Positions 1 to 10,478 of a stretch of 64,000 nucleotides of DNA are shown here, piece after piece. The stretch lies in NCBI GenBank assembly GCA_965249725.1, contig CBDFMQ010000002.1, positions 448,001 through 512,000 on the forward strand, read 5' to 3'. Source of the stretch: Longimicrobiales bacterium (GTDB lineage Bacteria > Gemmatimonadota > Gemmatimonadetes > Longimicrobiales > Gaopeijiaceae). Position 1 is the first letter of the stretch. Every line of letters begins with the position of its first letter. Position numbers and translations under genes: made by a program. The notes below the pieces were generated by a model. The model ran no database searches and was not told the DNA's origin. It was given only the letters and a program-made list of their open reading frames with translations.

Positions 1-74
1 CCGGAGATGAACTTCTTGACGCTCTCCTTGGACTTTCCGCAGAAGCTGCAGCGCAGATGTTTGTCACTGGACAT
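1..74 (-). CDS. clpX: ATP-dependent Clp protease ATP-binding subunit ClpX, N-terminal fragment (runs off window edge)
   Basis: Manual translation MSSDKHLRCSFCGKSKESVKKFISG matches the ClpX zinc-binding domain start; lies directly downstream of clpP. Confidence 0.93.
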   Translation of the reverse strand, partial: MSSDKHLRCSFCGKSKESVKKFIS

Positions 75-96
75 AGGCTTCTATCCCTCCGCAGTT

Positions 97-750
97 CTAC
101 TCTTCGTCTTCGTCGGTGGGCCCGTCAACCTTTTCGTGCGAGTCGGTCGGCTTTCCGCCGTTCGCCAAGGGCCCCTCGAGAATCCGGTCGATCAGGCCGT
201 ATTCCAGCGCCTCTTCCGGGCTCATGAAGCGATCTCGGTCCACATCGTCGGCCACACGCTCGAGGCTCTGCCCCGTGTGCTTGGCCATGATCTGGTTCAG
301 CCGCTGCCTGGTGTAGAGGATCTCCTTCGCCGCGATCTCGATGTCGGCGGCCGTGCCCTGCGATCCGCCGGACGGCTGGTGGATCATGATCCGGGCGTTG
401 GGCAGCGCCGCGCGCTTGCCCTTTTCGCCGGCGGCGACGAGCACGGCGGCCATCGACGCGGCGATACCCACGGCGAACGTGGAAACCGGCGCGCGCATGT
501 GCTGGATCGTGTCGTAGATGGCCAACCCGGCGTAGACCCCGCCACCTGGCGAGTTCACGTAGATGTAGACGTCCCGCTCCGGGTCCTCGGCATCGAGGAA
601 CAACAACTGGGCGATGATGATGTTGGCCACGTTGTCGTCGATGGGCGTGCCCAGGAAGATGATGCGGTCCATGAGGAGGCGGCTGAAGATGTCATAGCTC
701 CGCTCCCCGCGGCTCGTCCGCTCGATGACATACGGTGGGTAGATCGCCAT
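97..750 (-). CDS. clpP: ATP-dependent Clp protease proteolytic subunit
   Basis: [42 protein letters not shown] and [11 protein letters not shown] motifs; start re-called at MAIYPP. Confidence 0.97.
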   Translation of the reverse strand: MAIYPPYVIERTSRGERSYDIFSRLLMDRIIFLGTPIDDNVANIIIAQLLFLDAEDPERDVYIYVNSPGGGVYAGLAIYDTIQHMRAPVSTFAVGIAASMAAVLVAAGEKGKRAALPNARIMIHQPSGGSQGTAADIEIAAKEILYTRQRLNQIMAKHTGQSLERVADDVDRDRFMSPEEALEYGLIDRILEGPLANGGKPTDSHEKVDGPTDEDEE

Positions 751-778
751 TGGTTCTGATTGCTCCGTGGTTGTCGGC

Positions 779-2041
779 TCAGTTCGGTACGATTTCCGAC
801 TGTTCTTTGAGGAAGTCGAAGACCTTACGCTCCGTGATCTCTCTCTCCAGTGCTTCCAATCTCTCGCTTTTCTGGAGATTGGCGTAGACCTTGGCCGGAT
901 TCTCTCCCGCCTTCTCAGCGATTTCTTCGATCCGGGTGTCCAGTTCCTCCTCGGTTGCCTGAAGCCCCTCGCTGTCCGAAACCCGTTCAATTACCAGGAT
1001 TCGCTTGACCGCCAACTCCGCCTGAGGCGTGATCTGCTCCTTGGCTTCCTGCCACTTCTCCGGGGGGACCTCCTCCGGGTCTCCGAGCAGCGATTCGACG
1101 TAGCGATCGACCATCGACACCGGCACGGTGAAGGGATTCGCCTCGACGATCGAGTCCAGGAGCTTGCCCCGGACCACGCCCTCCGCTTGATCCTCCGCCT
1201 CACGCTCCAGGTCCGAACGCACCTTTGTCGAGAGATCGTCCAGCCCCTCGAAGTCTCCCAGGTTCTTCGCGAAGTCGTCGTTCAACTCCGGAATCTCCAG
1301 GTGACTTCGCGAGGCGAGGCGAATACGGAGTTGCTCCTCGTCACCGCGCCGCTCCTCGTTGGGGAAGTCGTCCGGGAAGCGCACGACGAACTCGCCGCTC
1401 CCCCCGAAGTCGAGCGACTTGATGGCCTCCTCGATGTCCGGAATGGCGTCCCCTCGACCTAGCACGAACTCGTACGGTTGCGTCACCCCCTCGCCATCCT
1501 CCTCCATCCGTTCGATCTCGACCCCGACCAGGTTGCCTTCCTCGGGCCGTCCGTCTTCCAACGCCTCCCAAGTGCCGTTCTGTTCCTGAAGGCGCTCCAA
1601 GACCTGCTGCAGCTTCTCATCGATCCCCTCTATGTCCGGGCGCTCCACCTTGAAGCCGCCCAGCCTGGAGATGTCGATCTCCGGCCGGACATCGAACGAA
1701 ATGGAGAAGGTGAGGTCTTCCTCCGGTTCGTACTGTACCTTCCCGACCTCCCCTTCGGAGATGGGGTTGAGCTCGTTCTGGTTGAGCGCCTCGCGGTAGG
1801 CATCCCCGATCAACTTGTCGAGCGCCTCCCGGTTCAGGGCGGGCCCATACTTCTGCTCAACGACTTTGGCCGGCACCCGTCCCTTGCGGAACCCCGGCAG
1901 TTTGAGCCGCGAGGCGAGCTCTCCCGTGATGCGGCGCCGTTCGGTCTGAACGACGTCCGCGGGCACGGTGACGTTCATGGTGCGGCGCCAGCGCTCGCCT
2001 TCCTCCACCGAGATCCGCAGCTGTGTTCCGTCGATAGCCAT
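779..2041 (-). CDS. tig: Trigger factor
   Basis: [10 protein letters not shown] ribosome-binding signature, FKBP-like middle domain; tig-clpP-clpX synteny. Confidence 0.96.
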   Translation of the reverse strand: MAIDGTQLRISVEEGERWRRTMNVTVPADVVQTERRRITGELASRLKLPGFRKGRVPAKVVEQKYGPALNREALDKLIGDAYREALNQNELNPISEGEVGKVQYEPEEDLTFSISFDVRPEIDISRLGGFKVERPDIEGIDEKLQQVLERLQEQNGTWEALEDGRPEEGNLVGVEIERMEEDGEGVTQPYEFVLGRGDAIPDIEEAIKSLDFGGSGEFVVRFPDDFPNEERRGDEEQLRIRLASRSHLEIPELNDDFAKNLGDFEGLDDLSTKVRSDLEREAEDQAEGVVRGKLLDSIVEANPFTVPVSMVDRYVESLLGDPEEVPPEKWQEAKEQITPQAELAVKRILVIERVSDSEGLQATEEELDTRIEEIAEKAGENPAKVYANLQKSERLEALEREITERKVFDFLKEQSEIVPN

Positions 2042-2081
2042 CTATACTCAATCCGTCAAGAAAGAACCGTACAAGGCCGAA

Positions 2082-2165
2082 TGCGAAAGGGGGGACTCGA
2101 ACCCCCACGGCATTTGAGCCACAGGATCCTAAATCCTGCGCGTCTACCAATTCCGCCACTTTCGC
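2082..2165 (-). tRNA. tRNA-Leu (anticodon TAG), CCA not encoded
   Basis: Minus strand GCGAAAGTGGCGGAATTGGTAGACGCG-CAGGA-TTTAGGA-TCCTG, long variable arm, then GGGGGTTCGAGTCCCCC-CTTTCGCA; tRNA-Leu upstream of tig is a common arrangement. Confidence 0.96.
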
Positions 2166-2206
2166 CAGTATTGTCGCCGAAAATCGGGTATTTTGCCGAA
2201 TTAGTG

Positions 2207-2235
2207 AAGATAACCGACCCCCAAAATGCCATCAA
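2207..2235 (-). promoter_or_regulatory. Putative sigma70 promoter for tRNA-Leu/tig
   Basis: Minus strand TTGATG-17 bp-TATCTT, about 40 nt upstream of the tRNA. Confidence 0.6.
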
Positions 2236-2279
2236 CAGATGGGCGTTCTAGGGTGATGGGAAGACCTCAACCGAAGGGT

Positions 2280-3878
2280 CTAATTGGCGACTGGTATGTG
2301 GAAGACGCGGGGCGTACCGGTGGCTGCCTGCACCCGAAGCGTGACGATGTCACCCCGGTCCACGTCGGCCATGAGGCGCCGCACGTCAGAGGCGTCCTCG
2401 ACCGGTTGTCGGTTGATCTCGAGCACCTTGTAGCCGGCGCCCAAGCCCCTGCGGGCTGCGGGACCGTTCACTTGGACGTCGGTGATGGCCGCACCACCGA
2501 CCTCGCGGAAGCCGAAGCTGGACGCGAATTCACGCGTCATGTTCTCGATGCGTATGCCGAGCTTGTCGTCCATGCGCTCTTCCTCGCGCACCGGGGCGGC
2601 GGCGACCTCGACGGGCTCGCTGTTCAGCGTGGCCTCACCTAGACGAACGTTGATCGTCCGAGGACGGCCGTTGCGATAGACCGTCACGTCGATGCGATCA
2701 CCGGGACGCTTACGTGCGATGCTCTGCTGCAGCTGCCCGGTGCGTCCGACCTGCTGATCGTCGATGGCCACGATCACGTCGTACGCCATGAGCCCGGACT
2801 CCTCGGCAGGCCCGTCCGGCGTGATCTGTGCCACTTCCACGCCGGAAACAGTGGGCAGACCGTAGGTCTCGGCCGATATCGCGTCGATGGGGGTCATGGC
2901 GATACCAAGCCAGGCTCTGCGCACGCGCCCGTACTCGACCAGATCTTCCATCACGCGCCGCGCCAGGTCGATGGGGATGGCGAAGCCGTATCCCTGATAG
3001 AACCCGGTCCTGCTGGCGATGGCCGAGTTGATGCCGACCACCTGACCGCGGAGGTTCACCATAGGCCCGCCGGAGTTGCCCGGATTGATTACGGCGTCCG
3101 TCTGGATGAAGTCCTCGATGGCGAACCCTCTGGCATCGCGCGTCTCGGGGTTCTCCTGGAGCTCGCGTTGCAGGAGGTTCAGCGGACGTCCGAGGGCGCT
3201 TACGATGCCCACCGTGACCGTGTAGTCCAACGGACGACTCGTGCCCCCGAATCCGGGGTTGCCGATCGCCACGATCCACTCGCCCACACGCAGCTCGTCG
3301 GAGCTTCCAAAGCTCAGGCTGCTGAGATCGTCCGCGTCGATCTTGATGACCGCCACGTCCGTGAACGGATCCCGCCCGACCAGAGCAGCAGGGAAGGAAC
3401 GGCGGTCCTGTAGGAACACCGTCAATGCGCTCGCCTCAGCGACCACGTGGTTGTTCGTGAGAATGTACCCGTCGCTCGAGACGATGAACCCGCTTCCACC
3501 CGATACCTGGTCGGGCCGATCCCGCTGGTCCTGTTCCGGTAAGTTCCGGAACAGCCTGCTCGGCTCCTGAGCCGTCTGGGCCTGCCTCCGAGCCTCGATC
3601 CTCACCACGGCCGGCGTCACCATGTCCGAGACGTTGACGAACGCATCGCTCAGATCCAGAGCAGGCTGAACCGCATCGACCGGAACCTGAGGCTCCGTCT
3701 CGATGACCGGCATCGAGTGCTTCACGCCGGTCCACCCGAGGGTCGAGGCGATGCCCAGCCCGAACAGAGAAGCCACCGTCGAGAAGAACACGATCTTCAT
3801 CTTCGCGCGCAGAGGATCATACATATCAAGCAGTTCCTTAAGTCCGGTTTTGATCGAGTGTTGCCGCGAATCCGACAC
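2280..3878 (-). CDS. HtrA/DegP-family serine protease with two PDZ domains
   Basis: LTNNHVV, DVAVIK, IQTDAVINPGNSGGP catalytic triad motifs, N-terminal TM/signal, two PDZ-like C-terminal segments. Confidence 0.95.
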   Translation of the reverse strand: MSDSRQHSIKTGLKELLDMYDPLRAKMKIVFFSTVASLFGLGIASTLGWTGVKHSMPVIETEPQVPVDAVQPALDLSDAFVNVSDMVTPAVVRIEARRQAQTAQEPSRLFRNLPEQDQRDRPDQVSGGSGFIVSSDGYILTNNHVVAEASALTVFLQDRRSFPAALVGRDPFTDVAVIKIDADDLSSLSFGSSDELRVGEWIVAIGNPGFGGTSRPLDYTVTVGIVSALGRPLNLLQRELQENPETRDARGFAIEDFIQTDAVINPGNSGGPMVNLRGQVVGINSAIASRTGFYQGYGFAIPIDLARRVMEDLVEYGRVRRAWLGIAMTPIDAISAETYGLPTVSGVEVAQITPDGPAEESGLMAYDVIVAIDDQQVGRTGQLQQSIARKRPGDRIDVTVYRNGRPRTINVRLGEATLNSEPVEVAAAPVREEERMDDKLGIRIENMTREFASSFGFREVGGAAITDVQVNGPAARRGLGAGYKVLEINRQPVEDASDVRRLMADVDRGDIVTLRVQAATGTPRVFHIPVAN

Positions 3879-3991
3879 ACGCCCGTACTACCCAAAAGGC
3901 CGACCCGACGGTCCCGCGGCGTTTTCCAACGACTCTGATGAAGCTGCAACCGATTTGGTTGCTTACCATTCCGCCCAAGCCAGATGCGAGA

Positions 3992-4089
3992 GGTGAGGTT
4001 CAGGGTCTCCCGGCGAACCCGTCCGGCGCGCAGCGCCGGAGCGCAGCGTGGGTAGCAGCGTGGGTAAGCGGGAGTCCCTGAACCTCACC
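3992..4089. repeat. Long inverted repeat / REP-like stem-loop downstream of dnaK
   Basis: GGTGAGGTTCAGGGTCTCCC (3992-4011) pairs with GGGAGTCCCTGAACCTCACC (4070-4089) with one mismatch; inner hairpin 4022-4040 and tandem GCAGCGTGGGTA x2. Confidence 0.75.
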
Positions 4090-4094
4090 GCGAC

Positions 4095-6038
4095 TTACGC
4101 GTCATCCACGATCTCGTAGTCCGCCTCGACCACTTCCTCCTCTTCCGCCTCGCCTTCGGCGGTCTCGCCCTCGGCCTCACCGGCCTCGGCGCCCTCACCG
4201 GCTTCGCCCTCTTCGGCGGCGTCGGTTTCGGCGGCCTGCGACTGGTACATCTCCTGGCCGGCCGCACTGAAGGCCTGCATCAGCTCGTCACGGGCCGAGT
4301 TGAACGCCGCTGCGTCGTCGCCCTTCAGGGCCTCCTTCGCGGCCTCGACGGCCTGGTCGAGACGCTCCTTGGTGCCCTCGGAGACCTGATCGCCCCACTC
4401 CTCGGAGTCCTTCTCCACCTGATAGACCAGAGAGTCGAGCTGATTCCGGGCCTCGACCTTCTCTCTACGCTGTTCGTCCTCGTCGGCGTGGGACTCGGCG
4501 TCCTTCACCATCTTGTCGATCTCGGTGTCGCTGAGTCCGCTGGACGACTCGATGCGGATCTTCTGCTCCTTGCCGGTGGCCTTGTCCTGAGCCGACACGT
4601 GCAGGATTCCGTTCGCGTCGATGTCGAACGTGACCTCCACCTGGGGCATGCCCCGGGGTGCCGGTGGAATGCCCGTGAGCTGGAACTTGCCGATGGTCTT
4701 GTTGTCCACCGCCATCTTCCGCTCGCCCTGGAGAACGTGGATCTCCACCGTGGTCTGATTGTCCTCCGCCGTGGAGAAGATCTCGGCCTTCTCGGTCGGG
4801 ATGGTCGTGTTCCGCTCGATCAGCGCCGTCATGACACCACCGAGCGTCTCGATGCCAAGCGACAGCGGCGTCACGTCCAGCAGTAGGACGTCGGTCACGT
4901 CACCGGCGAGCACGCCACCCTGGATGGACGCACCAACTCCGACGACCTCGTCGGGGTTCACGCCCTTGTGGGGATCCTTGCCGAAGAACTCGGTCACCAC
5001 CTCTTGGATCTTCGGAATCCTGGTCGAACCACCCACCAGGATGACCTCGTCGATCTCTGAGGGGTCGAGCCCCGCGTCTTCGAGCGCCTGCTTCATGGGC
5101 GGGATCGTGCGCTGCACGAGGTCGTCCATGAGCTGCTCGAGCTTGGCGCGGGTCAGCGAGTAGTTGAGGTGCTTGGGGCCCTCTTGGGTCGCCGTGATGA
5201 ACGGCAGGTTGATGTCGGTCTGCTGCGTCGAGGACAGTTCCATCTTGGCCTTCTCCGACGCCTCCTTGAGGCGCTGGAGAGCCATGGCGTCCTTGGACAG
5301 ATCGATGCCCTGGTCCTTCTTGAATTCGGTGACGAGCCAGTTGATGATCCTCTGGTCGAAGTCGTCACCACCGAGGTGCGTGTCACCGTTCGTGGACTTC
5401 ACCTCGAAGACGCCGTCGCCCAGCTCCAGCACGGAGATGTCGTACGTACCGCCGCCGAGATCGAAGACGGCGATCTTCTCGTCCGCCTTCTTGTCGAGCC
5501 CGTACGCCAGTGCGGCGGCGGTGGGCTCGTTGATGATGCGAAGGACCTCGAGGCCGGCGACCTTACCGGCGTCCTTGGTGGCCTGTCGCTGCGCGTCGTT
5601 GAAGTAGGCCGGCACCGTGATCACGGCCTGGTCGACTTTCATTCCCAGGTAGTCCTCGGCGGTCTGCTTCATCTTCTGCAGGATCATCGCCGAGATCTCG
5701 GGAGGCGTGAACGTCTTGTCGGCGTTGGGGACCTTTACCTCGACACGGCCCTTGGCGTCGGTCTTCACGTCGTAGGGGACCAGCTTCTGCTCCTCGGTCA
5801 CCTCGGTGCCCTTGCGGCCCATGAAGCGTTTGATGGAGAAGATGGTGTTCTCCGGGTTCGTGATGGCCTGTCTGCGTGCCACCTGACCCACGAGACGCTC
5901 ACCGTCCTTCGTGAAGGCCACGACGGATGGGGTAGTGCGTCCGCCCTCCGAGTTGGGGATGACGACGGGCTCGCCCCCCTCCATGACGGCGACTACCGAG
6001 TTGGTCGTCCCCAGGTCGATCCCGATTACCTTTCCCAT
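4095..6038 (-). CDS. dnaK: Chaperone DnaK (Hsp70)
   Basis: [33 protein letters not shown] motifs; acidic tail ending in [10 protein letters not shown]. Confidence 0.99.
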   Translation of the reverse strand: MGKVIGIDLGTTNSVVAVMEGGEPVVIPNSEGGRTTPSVVAFTKDGERLVGQVARRQAITNPENTIFSIKRFMGRKGTEVTEEQKLVPYDVKTDAKGRVEVKVPNADKTFTPPEISAMILQKMKQTAEDYLGMKVDQAVITVPAYFNDAQRQATKDAGKVAGLEVLRIINEPTAAALAYGLDKKADEKIAVFDLGGGTYDISVLELGDGVFEVKSTNGDTHLGGDDFDQRIINWLVTEFKKDQGIDLSKDAMALQRLKEASEKAKMELSSTQQTDINLPFITATQEGPKHLNYSLTRAKLEQLMDDLVQRTIPPMKQALEDAGLDPSEIDEVILVGGSTRIPKIQEVVTEFFGKDPHKGVNPDEVVGVGASIQGGVLAGDVTDVLLLDVTPLSLGIETLGGVMTALIERNTTIPTEKAEIFSTAEDNQTTVEIHVLQGERKMAVDNKTIGKFQLTGIPPAPRGMPQVEVTFDIDANGILHVSAQDKATGKEQKIRIESSSGLSDTEIDKMVKDAESHADEDEQRREKVEARNQLDSLVYQVEKDSEEWGDQVSEGTKERLDQAVEAAKEALKGDDAAAFNSARDELMQAFSAAGQEMYQSQAAETDAAEEGEAGEGAEAGEAEGETAEGEAEEEEVVEADYEIVDDA

Positions 6039-6090
6039 GTCTGCTCCTTTATGGGCCTAACGTGTCAGCATGTTCTCCTGGCACGGCCTG

Positions 6091-6106
6091 TGCAATGATC
6101 ATGCCC
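6091..6106 (-). promoter_or_regulatory. Putative sigma54 (-24/-12) promoter of dnaK
   Basis: Minus strand GGGCATGATCATTGCA = GG-N10-GC with TTGCA at -12, about 50 nt upstream of the dnaK ATG. Confidence 0.6.
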
Positions 6107-6125
6107 GGTAGGAGGCCCCAAAAGC

Positions 6126-6168
6126 CGCCAAACTGGCGCCTTTCTGGCAGAAGCCTGCCAAAATGGCG
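6126..6168. promoter_or_regulatory. Three YGCC(A/T)-N3-TGGCR palindromic boxes, candidate regulator sites
   Basis: CGCCAAACTGGCG (6126-6138), CGCCTTTCTGGCA (6137-6149), TGCCAAAATGGCG (6156-6168). Confidence 0.55.
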
Positions 6169-6314
6169 CATCTCTGTGTCATCCTCCCATGACTCCCCGG
6201 TGCCGAGTGGACATTGGCCGCTTTGGCGAAGGGCCCCGCAGACCGTTAGAGTGGCCCGCGCAGTACGCCGTCTTCGGCGGTGGCGCGCACCCTCCTACGA
6301 ACGGGATCCGGGCG

Positions 6315-7835
6315 ATGAAGCGGCCCCCAGCGGGCATCCTCTTCTTGTGGACCGCGGCGGCGATGCTCCTGCTGACCGGGGCGACGTTGGCCGGGCGGTC
6401 GAGCGGCGGCCCGGCTGATGCGATCGCATCGGCGGCGGTCGTCCCCGCTCCTTCCGTCGTGACATCATCTGCGCCCCCGCCCACGCAGATCTCAGAGCTC
6501 GGCCGTGATCTGAACACCCCTTTGCTGGACCGGGCACGATCCCTGGTCGGACTCGTCGTGCTCGCGTTCGTCGCGTGGCTGCTGAGTACAGACCGGAAGA
6601 CCATTCCCTGGCGTGTGGTGATCTGGGGGATGGCGCTGCAACTGCTCTTCGCGGTCTTCATTCTGAAGACGCCGGTCGGCGGGGTCGTTTTCGACGGCCT
6701 GAACCGGATCGTTATGGCCCTGCTCGGCTTCACCGTCGACGGCGCCCGCTTCATCTTCGGCAATCTGGTCTGGGACAACGTCCCGGTAGGTGAGGGGCCG
6801 GCGGGTGCGGCGGGGCAGGGTGTGTTCCGACCGACCGACGGGCAGGTGGCCAACGCCGGGGCGCTCTTCGCGTTCAACGTGCTGCCCACGATCATCTTCT
6901 TCTCGTCGCTCATGACCGTGCTGTATCACCTGGGGATCATGCAGTGGGTCGTGAAGGGCTTCGCCTGGGTCATGCAACGGACCATGCACACATCAGGGGC
7001 CGAGACGCTGTCCGCCGCCGGCAACATCTTCGTGGGGCAGACCGAGGCGCCTCTTCTGATCAAGCCCTTCATCGACCGCATGACCCGCTCGGAGATCATG
7101 GCGGTGATGACCGGGGGGTTCGCGACGGTGGCCGGCGGCGTATTGGCAGCCTACGTAGGGATGCTGGTCGCTTTCTTCCCGGATATAGCGGGACACCTCA
7201 TGGCAGCGTCGGTCATGTCGGCGCCCGCGGCTCTGGTGGTGGCGAAGCTGATGCACCCCGAGACGTCGGAGCCCGAGACGTCCGGCACTCTGGAGCTCAA
7301 GGTCGAACGTCCGGATCCCAACGTGATCGGAGCCGCGGCGCGGGGGGCGTCCGAAGGGCTGTACCTCGCCTTGAACGTGGGGGCCATGCTTTTGGCCTTC
7401 GTGGCTCTCGTGTTCATGTTTGACGGCATTCTCGGCTGGCTCGGCGGTCTGGTCGGGGTGGGCGGCCTTTCCCTTCAGGTCGTCCTCGGATGGCTGCTGT
7501 CACCCGTGGCCTGGATCATGGGAGTGGCTTGGGTAGACGCCGCCGAGGTGGGCGCATTGCTGGGCATGCGGACTGCCCTGAACGAGTTCTTCGCCTACCT
7601 CCAGTTGGCAGCGACGCTGGGGCAGGGCACCGACCTCCAGCCGCGATCGATCATCATCGCGGCCTACGCGCTCTCGGGTTTCGCCAACTTCTCGTCCATC
7701 GCGATCCAGATCGGCGGGATCGGCGGCATCGCCCCGTCTCGCAAGGACGACCTCGCGCAGATCGGGCTGCGGGCCATGATCGGCGGCACGATCGCCGCGT
7801 TCATGACGGCGACGGTGGCGGGGATGCTCCTGTGA
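6315..7835 (+). CDS. Concentrative nucleoside transporter (CNT/NupC family)
   Basis: FAFNVLPTIIFFS, SGAETLSAAGNIFVGQTEAP, GFANFSSIAIQIGG motifs; start uncertain (6189 or 6315). Confidence 0.93.
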   Translation: MKRPPAGILFLWTAAAMLLLTGATLAGRSSGGPADAIASAAVVPAPSVVTSSAPPPTQISELGRDLNTPLLDRARSLVGLVVLAFVAWLLSTDRKTIPWRVVIWGMALQLLFAVFILKTPVGGVVFDGLNRIVMALLGFTVDGARFIFGNLVWDNVPVGEGPAGAAGQGVFRPTDGQVANAGALFAFNVLPTIIFFSSLMTVLYHLGIMQWVVKGFAWVMQRTMHTSGAETLSAAGNIFVGQTEAPLLIKPFIDRMTRSEIMAVMTGGFATVAGGVLAAYVGMLVAFFPDIAGHLMAASVMSAPAALVVAKLMHPETSEPETSGTLELKVERPDPNVIGAAARGASEGLYLALNVGAMLLAFVALVFMFDGILGWLGGLVGVGGLSLQVVLGWLLSPVAWIMGVAWVDAAEVGALLGMRTALNEFFAYLQLAATLGQGTDLQPRSIIIAAYALSGFANFSSIAIQIGGIGGIAPSRKDDLAQIGLRAMIGGTIAAFMTATVAGMLL

Positions 7836-8671
7836 GTGCGGTGCCCGACTTCGGGCCGGCGCAGGTCGAACAAGCAGCGCAAGCGCTGCACGAACGTCTC
7901 GACGGGGATCCCGAAGTGCTCGTGGTGCTGGGTTCAGGGCTGGCGAACGTTGCCGATCTGATCGAAGAGGCCGTGACCGTGGAGTTTGGTGAAGTGCCCG
8001 GCTTTCCAGGGACGTCGGTGGCCGGGCACTCCGGTCGTTACATCTTCGGCCGACTGGAAGGGCACGCGACGCTCGTCCAGGTCGGGCGTGTCCATGCCTA
8101 CGAGGGGCACTCCATGGATGTGGTCGTGGCGCCCATCCGGATCGCTTCGGCACTCGGAGTGCAGACCGTAGTCGTCACCAACGCGACCGGGGGCCTGCAC
8201 GCCGATATGGCTCCAGGGACCCTGGTACTCCTTGATGACCACATCAACCTGATGATCAGGAGCCCGTTGGCGGGGCCGGTCCGTGACGGCGAGGGTCGCT
8301 TTCCGGACATGAGCCAGCCATACGACCCGGGGCTGCAGGCGTCGGCGGTCCAGGTGGCGCTCAAGCTCGGCATCCCTCTGCGGCGGGGGACCTACGCTGG
8401 CGTGCTGGGGCCCAGCTATGAGACCCCGGCGGAGGTGCGCATGCTGGCTTCACTCGGGGCGGACGTGGTGGGAATGTCCACGGTGCCCGAGGTGATCACG
8501 GCCCAGGCGCTGGGGCTGAGGGTCTTGGGCTTCTCGGTGGTCACGAACCTTGCCTCAGGGTTGCGCGGGGGCGGAGAGACCTTGTCCCATGGGGAGGTAC
8601 TGGAGATGGGCGAGGGGGCGGCTGTGCATCTGGGGGCCATTCTGCGAGGGGTGCTGGGGTCACTGCCGTGA
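7832..8671 (+). CDS. Purine-nucleoside phosphorylase (trimeric type)
   Basis: VVLGSGL, GRVHAYEG, TNATGG, GPSYETPAE, VGMSTVPE; GTG start overlaps the transporter stop (GTGA). Confidence 0.93.
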   Translation: MSAVPDFGPAQVEQAAQALHERLDGDPEVLVVLGSGLANVADLIEEAVTVEFGEVPGFPGTSVAGHSGRYIFGRLEGHATLVQVGRVHAYEGHSMDVVVAPIRIASALGVQTVVVTNATGGLHADMAPGTLVLLDDHINLMIRSPLAGPVRDGEGRFPDMSQPYDPGLQASAVQVALKLGIPLRRGTYAGVLGPSYETPAEVRMLASLGADVVGMSTVPEVITAQALGLRVLGFSVVTNLASGLRGGGETLSHGEVLEMGEGAAVHLGAILRGVLGSLP

Positions 8672-8702
8672 GGGAATCGCCTCGGCGGTGAGTCGTGCGC
8701 GG

Positions 8703-8790
8703 GGCCGGTCGGAGTGAATCTCCTGACCGCAGAATCAGGCTTCCCCCGACTGGCCGGCGCCCTCACGGAGGGCCCCCTTCGCTCGGGGAT
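8703..8790. terminator. Cluster of stem-loops between convergent PNP and thiD
   Basis: GGCCGGTCGG (8703-8712) / CCGACTGGCC (8746-8755) enclosing CCTGA/TCAGG, plus two short hairpins downstream; no U-tract. Confidence 0.35.
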
Positions 8791-8805
8791 GTGACCGGAG
8801 GGGCT

Positions 8806-9612
8806 TCAGCCCGAAGGGAACGCCGACACGAAGTGGTTGATCGGACCGTGACCGGATCCGAGCCCCGGGGCCGCCGCGAGGGCCCGGGCCACGAAGTCGA
8901 TCGCGGCGGCGCTGGCATCCGTCAGCGGTAGTCCGAGAGCCAGGCCCGCGGCCAGGGCGGCCGAAAGGGTACAGCCGGTGCCGTGACCGGCCGCAGTCTC
9001 GAGACGGGGGCGAGACCAGACGCGCTGCCCGTCTTCCGTGAGCAGCAGGTCGACTGCGTCCGCCCCTTCCAGGTGTCCGCCCTTGATCAGTGCCGTGCGG
9101 GCGCCCATGCCCAGCAGCTCCCGGGCCGCCGGTTCGAGGTCGTCCGGCCCTTCAATGCGTCGGCCGGTCAGGATCTCCGCCTCATGGAGGTTCGGGGTGA
9201 CCACCGTAGCCAGCGGGATCAAGCTGCCCCGGATGGCGTCCACCGCGTCGTCGTCAAGAAGCCGATGCCCGCTCGTGGAGACCATCACCGGATCGAGCAC
9301 ATAGTTGGAGAGGCCGTGGTGGCCGATGCGCTCCGCCACGGTCAGGACCAACTCGGCGGTGGCGAGCATTCCCGACTTCACGGCGGCGGGTGCCAGGTCG
9401 CCCACCACGGCGTCGATCTGTGATCGCACCACGTCTTCGGGGATGGCGTGCACGGCCTCGACCCCCTTGGTGTTCTGAGCCGTCACGGCGGTGACCGCGC
9501 TGCAGCCGAAGACCCCGTATGCGTGGAAGGTCTTGAGGTCCGCCTGGATTCCAGCGCCGCCGCCGCTGTCGCTCCCGGCGATTGTGAGGGCTACCGGAGG
9601 TGGGTTATGCAT
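8806..9612 (-). CDS. thiD: Hydroxymethylpyrimidine/phosphomethylpyrimidine kinase
   Basis: [44 protein letters not shown] motifs. Confidence 0.96.
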   Translation of the reverse strand: MHNPPPVALTIAGSDSGGGAGIQADLKTFHAYGVFGCSAVTAVTAQNTKGVEAVHAIPEDVVRSQIDAVVGDLAPAAVKSGMLATAELVLTVAERIGHHGLSNYVLDPVMVSTSGHRLLDDDAVDAIRGSLIPLATVVTPNLHEAEILTGRRIEGPDDLEPAARELLGMGARTALIKGGHLEGADAVDLLLTEDGQRVWSRPRLETAAGHGTGCTLSAALAAGLALGLPLTDASAAAIDFVARALAAAPGLGSGHGPINHFVSAFPSG

Positions 9613-9674
9613 TTAGTCTACGGATGTGGTGGTCGATTTTCAGTTTCCTGACACGGTCCGAGGCCAATCTACTG

Positions 9675-10478
9675 TTGCCGAGCAAGAACAAGATACTCCT
9701 GGTCGAACGCCTGAAGACCCGAAAGGGCCGTCCCAAGGAGGGGCAGGTCCTGGTGGAGGGGGTGCGTTGCGTGCGCGAGGCATTGGCCGCGGAGGTGAAG
9801 GTTCGGTTCTTGGCGCGGTCTCCTCGGCTTCTGAAAACGGAGGCCGGAAGGACCCTCGCGGACGACATCTCGGCTCGAGGGTTGGCCGTGGACGAGGTCG
9901 CCGATGATGACCTCGAGCGCATGGCGGACACCGAACATCCGCAGGGCGTGCTTCTCGTTTGTGAAGAACCGAAGGGGGAACTGGCGCCTCCTTCCGCTTC
10001 GGCGACCGGGACGGGTGTGTCCGGCGGGCCGATTCTGCTTCTCGACGCCATCCAGGACCCCGGCAACCTCGGCACGCTCATCCGGGCGGCTCGGGCATTC
10101 GGCGTCTCGACGGTAGTGGCGCTCGACGGATCGGTCGATCCCTGGAATGCGAAGGCCGTACGGGCCTCGGCCGGGGCGAGCTTCCATGTGCCTGTCGTCC
10201 GGGCGCCATGGTCCGAGGTGGCCCCGTGGCTCGAGAGCCACCGGGTGCAAGTTCTGGCCGCCGATCCCGACGGGCGCGATGTTAGCCAGGTGGAGCCGAC
10301 GACCCCATGGGCGTTGGCGGTTGGCAACGAGGGAGCCGGCCTGCGATCCGAGATCGTGGCGTCCGCTTCGAGCAAAGTGGCCATCCCCATGGGGGCCGAC
10401 GCGGATTCCTTGAACGCCGGCGTGGCGGGTTCGATCCTGCTCTACGTTCTCACAACACGGGGGAGTGACGCTCCTTGA
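9675..10478 (+). CDS. TrmH/SpoU family RNA methyltransferase
   Basis: IQDPGNLGTLIR, GNEGAGL, IPM..ADSLNAGVAGSILLY SPOUT motifs; start uncertain. Confidence 0.92.
   Translation: MPSKNKILLVERLKTRKGRPKEGQVLVEGVRCVREALAAEVKVRFLARSPRLLKTEAGRTLADDISARGLAVDEVADDDLERMADTEHPQGVLLVCEEPKGELAPPSASATGTGVSGGPILLLDAIQDPGNLGTLIRAARAFGVSTVVALDGSVDPWNAKAVRASAGASFHVPVVRAPWSEVAPWLESHRVQVLAADPDGRDVSQVEPTTPWALAVGNEGAGLRSEIVASASSKVAIPMGADADSLNAGVAGSILLYVLTTRGSDAP

Noticed and set aside
2082..2165. tRNA-Leu as an integration site for an island or prophage
   Set aside because: It is flanked by core genes (tig, htrA); no integrase and no duplicated tRNA 3' end were seen.
7..6098. Long plus-strand ORFs opposite clpP, tig and dnaK (and similar ones opposite atpA, atpD, moxR and acs)
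   Set aside because: Antisense shadow ORFs expected from high-GC codon bias; no motifs, and they fully overlap well-supported genes.
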